Assembly: GCA_964291625.2 (NCBI GenBank)
Contig: OZ220089.1
Span: 1,920,001-1,984,000 of the forward strand
Reading direction: 5' to 3'
Length of the DNA: 64,000 nucleotides
Origin: Candidatus Latescibacterota bacterium
GTDB taxonomy: Bacteria; Latescibacterota; UBA2968; UBA8231
Part shown: positions 59,887 through 64,000 of the stretch, in pieces
Layout of the letters: the number at the start of each line of letters is the position of its first letter
Numbering within the stretch: the first letter of the stretch is position 1
Notes under the pieces: model-generated
What the model saw: the letters and a program-made list of their open reading frames with translations, nothing else
What the model was told of the DNA's origin: nothing
Database searches by the model: none
Translations under genes and position numbers: made by a program

Positions 59887-62250
59887 GTGCTGAGAACGGC
59901 CATCTCCGCGGTTCTGGGTATCGGCCTGGCGCTGCCGTTGCCGCAGGCATGCGCGCAGAGCGAGAAGAAGATCGATCTCCATGTCGGACTGTTGCTCGAT
60001 GCCCGGCCCCATGAGACCGACTCCGGAAGCGATCTGGAATTCCTCAGGGGGGAGATTCACAGGGTGCTGGGGGCCGAAAGGTCGGTCCACTTCCTCCCGG
60101 AGCACCTGCGCTTCGGCGCGGGGCTGGCGGGCTACCTGTCCCTGGCGAACGATCCCGCCGTCGATCTGATCATCTCCGTGGGGCCGGCGAGCGCGTCGAT
60201 GCTGGCCGCCCAGGGCGGTCTGCCGAAACCGACGATCGCCGTGGGGATCCTCGACGTGGAACTGCAGCGGATGCCGCTGGTCGACCCCGGCGTCTCCGGG
60301 GTCTCCGATTTCACCTATGTCCTCAGCAGCCATGCGATCGAGCAGGACCTGGCGGCGTTCCACCGCATCCATCCTTTCTCTCACCTGGCCGTCATCGTCA
60401 GCGAGAGCCTGAGAGGCCGGCTTGATTTCGAGGGTTTCTTCCAGCGTCTCACCGCCCCCTACGAGGCCGGGGCGGAACTGGTCTTCTGGGGAGCGGACAA
60501 CCCCCTCCCGGTGCTCGGCGGCGCAGTCGACGCGGTCTACCTGACCACTGCATTCGAGAGGCGGCCCGAGGAGATCACCGCCCTGGCCGAGGCCATTGCC
60601 GGGCGCGGGCTGCCTTCCTTCGCCATGAGCCGGGCTTACGTGGATGCGGGCATTATGGGGTGTATCGGCGACCAGAACGCCCGGGACCGGATCGTCCGCA
60701 GCCTGGCCCTGATCGTCGAGGGAGTCGCCCTCGGGGAGGAGCTGGCGTCGATGCCCGTCCAGCAAAACCTCGACGAGCAGTGGGTGCTGAACGCCGCAAC
60801 GGTCCGGCAGATCGGCCTCGACCTCTCTTTCGAAACGCTGTTCTCCGCCCGCTTCCTCAAGGCCGACGAACCGTCCGGGGCTCCGCGCTTCGGTCTGCGG
60901 GAGATCATCGCCGAGGGTTTGCGGAGCAACCTCGACCTGCGCATCGAGAAGAGCCACGTCGATCTGGCCGCGCAGGAGATGCGCAGGGCCAGGTCGTCCC
61001 TGCTGCCCTCCGTGGAGACCTCCGCCACCCTGTTGCAGATCGACCCGGAGGCGGCGGAACGCGCCTTCGGTCAACAGCCGGAGCGCACCGGAAAGGCCAC
61101 CGGTACCGTGCAGCAGGTGCTGTACTCCGAGCCGGCCCTGGCCAACGTGGAGATCCAGCGCTACCTCGCCGAGGCCGCCCGCCATCGAGCCGACCTCGTG
61201 GCCCTGGACGTGGTGCTGAACCTGGCGACGGCCTACTTCGATATCCTGCTGGCCAGGACCGCGGGGCGGATCCAGGACGAGAACCTCGAAGCCTCGCGCC
61301 GCAACCTGAAGATCGCCCGCACCCGCCACGCCGTCGGCTACGCCGGCGTCGCCGACGTGTACCGCTGGGAGAGCGAAGTCGCCCAGGCGACCCAGGCCTC
61401 CATCCAGGCTTTCAATTCCCTGTACCTCGCCAAGGTGCAGCTCAACCGGTTGCTGAACCAGCCCGATATCGGCGAGGAGTTCGAGGTGGAGGATGCCGCG
61501 CTTTCCGACGATCTCTTCAACGGCTTCGACCCGACAGGTATGGGAGATCTGATCCGCCGCGCAGGAGATGTGGAGATCCTGACCGACTTCCTCGTCCAGG
61601 AGGCCCTCGGGAACATGCCTTCGCTGAAACAGCTGGAGGCCAACAGGAAAGCGGCCGAGCGCCGGCAGCGGATGAACTACCGGCAGTACTACCTGCCGTC
61701 GGTGGCCTTGCGGGGGCAGGCCGACTACACCTTCTGGCGCGACGGCCAGGGGATGCCGCAGGCCTCGGCGGCTCCCCTCGATGGGACCTGGAACCTCGCC
61801 CTTCACTTCACCTACCCCCTCTTCCAGGGCAACCAGCGCAAGGTCGCCGTCGACCGGACGGCGGTTCAGCAGCAGCAGCTCCGCCTTCAGGAAGAGAGCT
61901 TGCGGCAACAACTCTCCCAGGCCGTCCGGGTGCGCATGACGAACCTGGTTTCGAGGAGCACCAACATCCACTTTGCCCAGGTGTCCGCCGCCAGCGCCCG
62001 CAAGAGCTTCGAGCTTGTGCAGGATGCCTATGAGAAGGGCCTGCGTGGAATCGCTCCGCTGGTGGATGCCCAGAGAGCCGCCCTCTCCGCCAGCCAGGCC
62101 GAGGCCGGGGCGGTGTACGAGTACCTGGTCAGCTATCTGCAGTTGGAGAACAGTCTGGGAGGTTACACCATGTTCATGACTCCCGATGAGCGGGAAGCCT
62201 TCGTCGGGCGCCTGACGGCGTTCTTCTCCGAGAGAAGAAGGGCCCCATGA
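59887..62250 (+). CDS. TolC-family outer-membrane efflux protein with N-terminal periplasmic-binding-protein-like domain
   Basis: Signal peptide; ~320-aa N-domain (DAVYL..GLPSF..WVLNAATVRQIGL), then OEP repeats (ARSSLLPSV, AYFDILLA, YYLPSVAL, YEKG). Confidence 0.85.
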   Translation: MLRTAISAVLGIGLALPLPQACAQSEKKIDLHVGLLLDARPHETDSGSDLEFLRGEIHRVLGAERSVHFLPEHLRFGAGLAGYLSLANDPAVDLIISVGPASASMLAAQGGLPKPTIAVGILDVELQRMPLVDPGVSGVSDFTYVLSSHAIEQDLAAFHRIHPFSHLAVIVSESLRGRLDFEGFFQRLTAPYEAGAELVFWGADNPLPVLGGAVDAVYLTTAFERRPEEITALAEAIAGRGLPSFAMSRAYVDAGIMGCIGDQNARDRIVRSLALIVEGVALGEELASMPVQQNLDEQWVLNAATVRQIGLDLSFETLFSARFLKADEPSGAPRFGLREIIAEGLRSNLDLRIEKSHVDLAAQEMRRARSSLLPSVETSATLLQIDPEAAERAFGQQPERTGKATGTVQQVLYSEPALANVEIQRYLAEAARHRADLVALDVVLNLATAYFDILLARTAGRIQDENLEASRRNLKIARTRHAVGYAGVADVYRWESEVAQATQASIQAFNSLYLAKVQLNRLLNQPDIGEEFEVEDAALSDDLFNGFDPTGMGDLIRRAGDVEILTDFLVQEALGNMPSLKQLEANRKAAERRQRMNYRQYYLPSVALRGQADYTFWRDGQGMPQASAAPLDGTWNLALHFTYPLFQGNQRKVAVDRTAVQQQQLRLQEESLRQQLSQAVRVRMTNLVSRSTNIHFAQVSAASARKSFELVQDAYEKGLRGIAPLVDAQRAALSASQAEAGAVYEYLVSYLQLENSLGGYTMFMTPDEREAFVGRLTAFFSERRRAP

Positions 62251-63323
62251 AGCGAGGGACGATCAGCACACTTGCCTTCGGTCTGTGGACCGGCTGCGGA
62301 GAGGAGCCGCCGGCCCCCGAACCGGTCCGCCCGGTGAAGTACGCCGAGGTTCGCCCCGCAAGCGCGGTCCTGAGCCAGCGCTTTGCCGGCACCGCCAGGG
62401 CGGGCACCGAAGCCAGGCTCAGCTTCCGGAGCGGAGGGCTCATCGAATCGATCGACGTCAAGGCCGGCGACCGGGTGGAAGCCGGCCAACGTCTCGCCGC
62501 CCTCGACAGCCGGGATGCCGCTCTCGCGTACCAGAAGGCGAGGGCGGCGCTGGAGAACGCCCGGGTGCAGAAAGCCAATGCGCAGTCCAGTCTCACCCGG
62601 GTCCGCCAGCTCTACCAGGCCGACAACGTCTCCCTCGCCGAGTACGAGCAGGCCAAGGCCGGCTATGCCGCCGCCGCGTCCAGCCACGAGTCCGCCGGCA
62701 AGAGCCTGGATCTGCAGGAGCGACAGTTGAAATTCAGCGAGATTCGAGCTCCTGTCGACGGTATCGTGACGGCGGTCCGCTTCGAGGTAAACGAGGTGAT
62801 TCAGGCCGGGGCGCCCCTGGTGGAACTGAGCGCGGGGGAGGATATCGAAATGCAGGTGGGGATTCCCGAGGGCCACATCGCCCGAATCCGGGACGGAGAC
62901 CCCGTGCGCGTGCGTTTCTCGGCCCTTCCCGGGGAGGAGTTCGCCGCCCGGGTGCGGGAACTGTCCTACGCCCTCGATGCATCCAGCACCTATCCCGTCC
63001 GGGTGCGGCTCGACGCCCCCTCCCCGTCCATCCGGCCCGGCATGGCAGGAGATGCGGAGTTTCTGTTCGGCACCGGCGGGCCGGCGGAACCGCTGGTGGT
63101 CCCGATCAAGGCGGTGGGGGAAGACGCCGCCGGGCGGTACGTCTTTGTGATAGGCGGAGTCGACGAGGGCGTGGGGACGGTTCAGCGGCGGACGGTCCGC
63201 GTCGGCAGCCTGGTGGCGGACGGGTTCGTCGTCGAAGGGGGGCTCGCCGAGGGGGAGCTGGTCGCCACGGCAGGCCTCGGGTCCCTGGTGAACGGGATGA
63301 AGGTGCGGCTCCTGCAGGAGTGA
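62247..63323 (+). CDS. RND efflux periplasmic adaptor (MFP) lipoprotein
   Basis: WTGC lipobox, LSFRSGG..VKAGDRV, IRAPVDG, PGM, GLAEGELVATAG. Confidence 0.93.
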   Translation: MKRGTISTLAFGLWTGCGEEPPAPEPVRPVKYAEVRPASAVLSQRFAGTARAGTEARLSFRSGGLIESIDVKAGDRVEAGQRLAALDSRDAALAYQKARAALENARVQKANAQSSLTRVRQLYQADNVSLAEYEQAKAGYAAAASSHESAGKSLDLQERQLKFSEIRAPVDGIVTAVRFEVNEVIQAGAPLVELSAGEDIEMQVGIPEGHIARIRDGDPVRVRFSALPGEEFAARVRELSYALDASSTYPVRVRLDAPSPSIRPGMAGDAEFLFGTGGPAEPLVVPIKAVGEDAAGRYVFVIGGVDEGVGTVQRRTVRVGSLVADGFVVEGGLAEGELVATAGLGSLVNGMKVRLLQE

Positions 63324-63351
63324 GCAGCCCCCGACCTGACCGCGAGCCACC

Positions 63352-64000
63352 ATGAATCCCACCCGAATCGCCCTGGACAACAGCCGCGCCACCATCGTGG
63401 CCCTGCTCGTCATCGCGGTCCTGGGCCTGGCCGGGTATCGGACCATGCCCCGCGACAGCATGCCTCCTTTCACGATCCGCGCCGCCTCGGTGGTGACCGG
63501 CTTTCCCGGCGCCGCTCCCGAGCGCATCGAGTCCCTGATCACCGCCAGGATCGAGGAAGTCGCGCAGGAGCTGCCCGAACTGCAGACCGTCACCAGTGAG
63601 TCGCGGACCGGCCTGTCGGTCGTGTCGGTGCAGCTCGACCCGGAAACATCGCCGGGAGAGCTCCAGGCTGTATGGGACCGGTTGCGGCGCAAGATCGACA
63701 CCATTCGCCCGGACCTGCCCGAGGGCATCCATGGCCCCGAGGTAAAGGACGATGGGCTCGGGGTGGTGTACGGCATCGTTATCGGCCTGACAGGGGATGG
63801 CTTCACCTTTGCCGAACTCGAGGGATTCGCCAGGAGACTGCGGGACGACCTCATCAAGCTGCCCGGCGCCTCCAGGGTGAGGATCAGCGGAATCCAGGAG
63901 GAGCGGATCTACCTGCAGTTCAACGACGCCCGAATGGCGGAGCTGGGGCTATCCGCCCGGCAGATCAGGAATGACATCGCCGCCACGAACATCCTCTTCC
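63352..64000 (+). CDS. RND efflux permease (AcrB/CzcA family), runs off the right edge
   Basis: MNPTRIALDNSR..., MPRDSMPPFTIR, FPGAAPERIESLIT, SESRTGLS, LPEGIHGP. Confidence 0.92.
   Translation, partial: MNPTRIALDNSRATIVALLVIAVLGLAGYRTMPRDSMPPFTIRAASVVTGFPGAAPERIESLITARIEEVAQELPELQTVTSESRTGLSVVSVQLDPETSPGELQAVWDRLRRKIDTIRPDLPEGIHGPEVKDDGLGVVYGIVIGLTGDGFTFAELEGFARRLRDDLIKLPGASRVRISGIQEERIYLQFNDARMAELGLSARQIRNDIAATNILF

Overview
A very GC-rich bacterial chromosomal segment. Several secreted proteins end in a 'PNPFN...GVYxxRL' FlgD/T9SS-like C-terminal domain, and there are internalin-type LRR genes and PhyH dioxygenases. Together these suggest an FCB-group organism such as Ca. Latescibacterota, possibly host- or sponge-associated (inference only). 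The core genes are a nuclease-DinG helicase, mtnP, cysK, a solo groEL with CIRCE, moaC, the mfd-PPIase-surA-S4-methyltransferase-DHH-argF operon, yfbR, nfeD-floA-tRNA-Leu(CAA), a sigma54 two-component pair, rpoZ and an RND efflux operon. There are two accessory zones. The first (~6.2-16.5 kb) holds vapBC, several gene remnants, a 38-bp palindromic direct repeat at truncation points, secreted proteins and three tandem LRR paralogs. The second (~45.7-49.1 kb) lies 3' of the tRNA and holds a membrane protein plus a vWA-like lipoprotein. The most notable observations are five. (1) A peroxiredoxin-like selenoprotein (UxxC plus a SECIS-like hairpin) that the ORF track splits in two. (2) A 456-aa 'hypothetical' that keeps the isocitrate-dehydrogenase active-site residues in a very divergent scaffold. 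(3) A ferritin-like di-iron (DUF455)/ATP-grasp fusion coupled to a PhzF-family gene. (4) LRR genes built from shuffled 66-bp cassettes. (5) A tandem YjbQ-like protein. All assignments were made by eye from motifs; no database searches were run.
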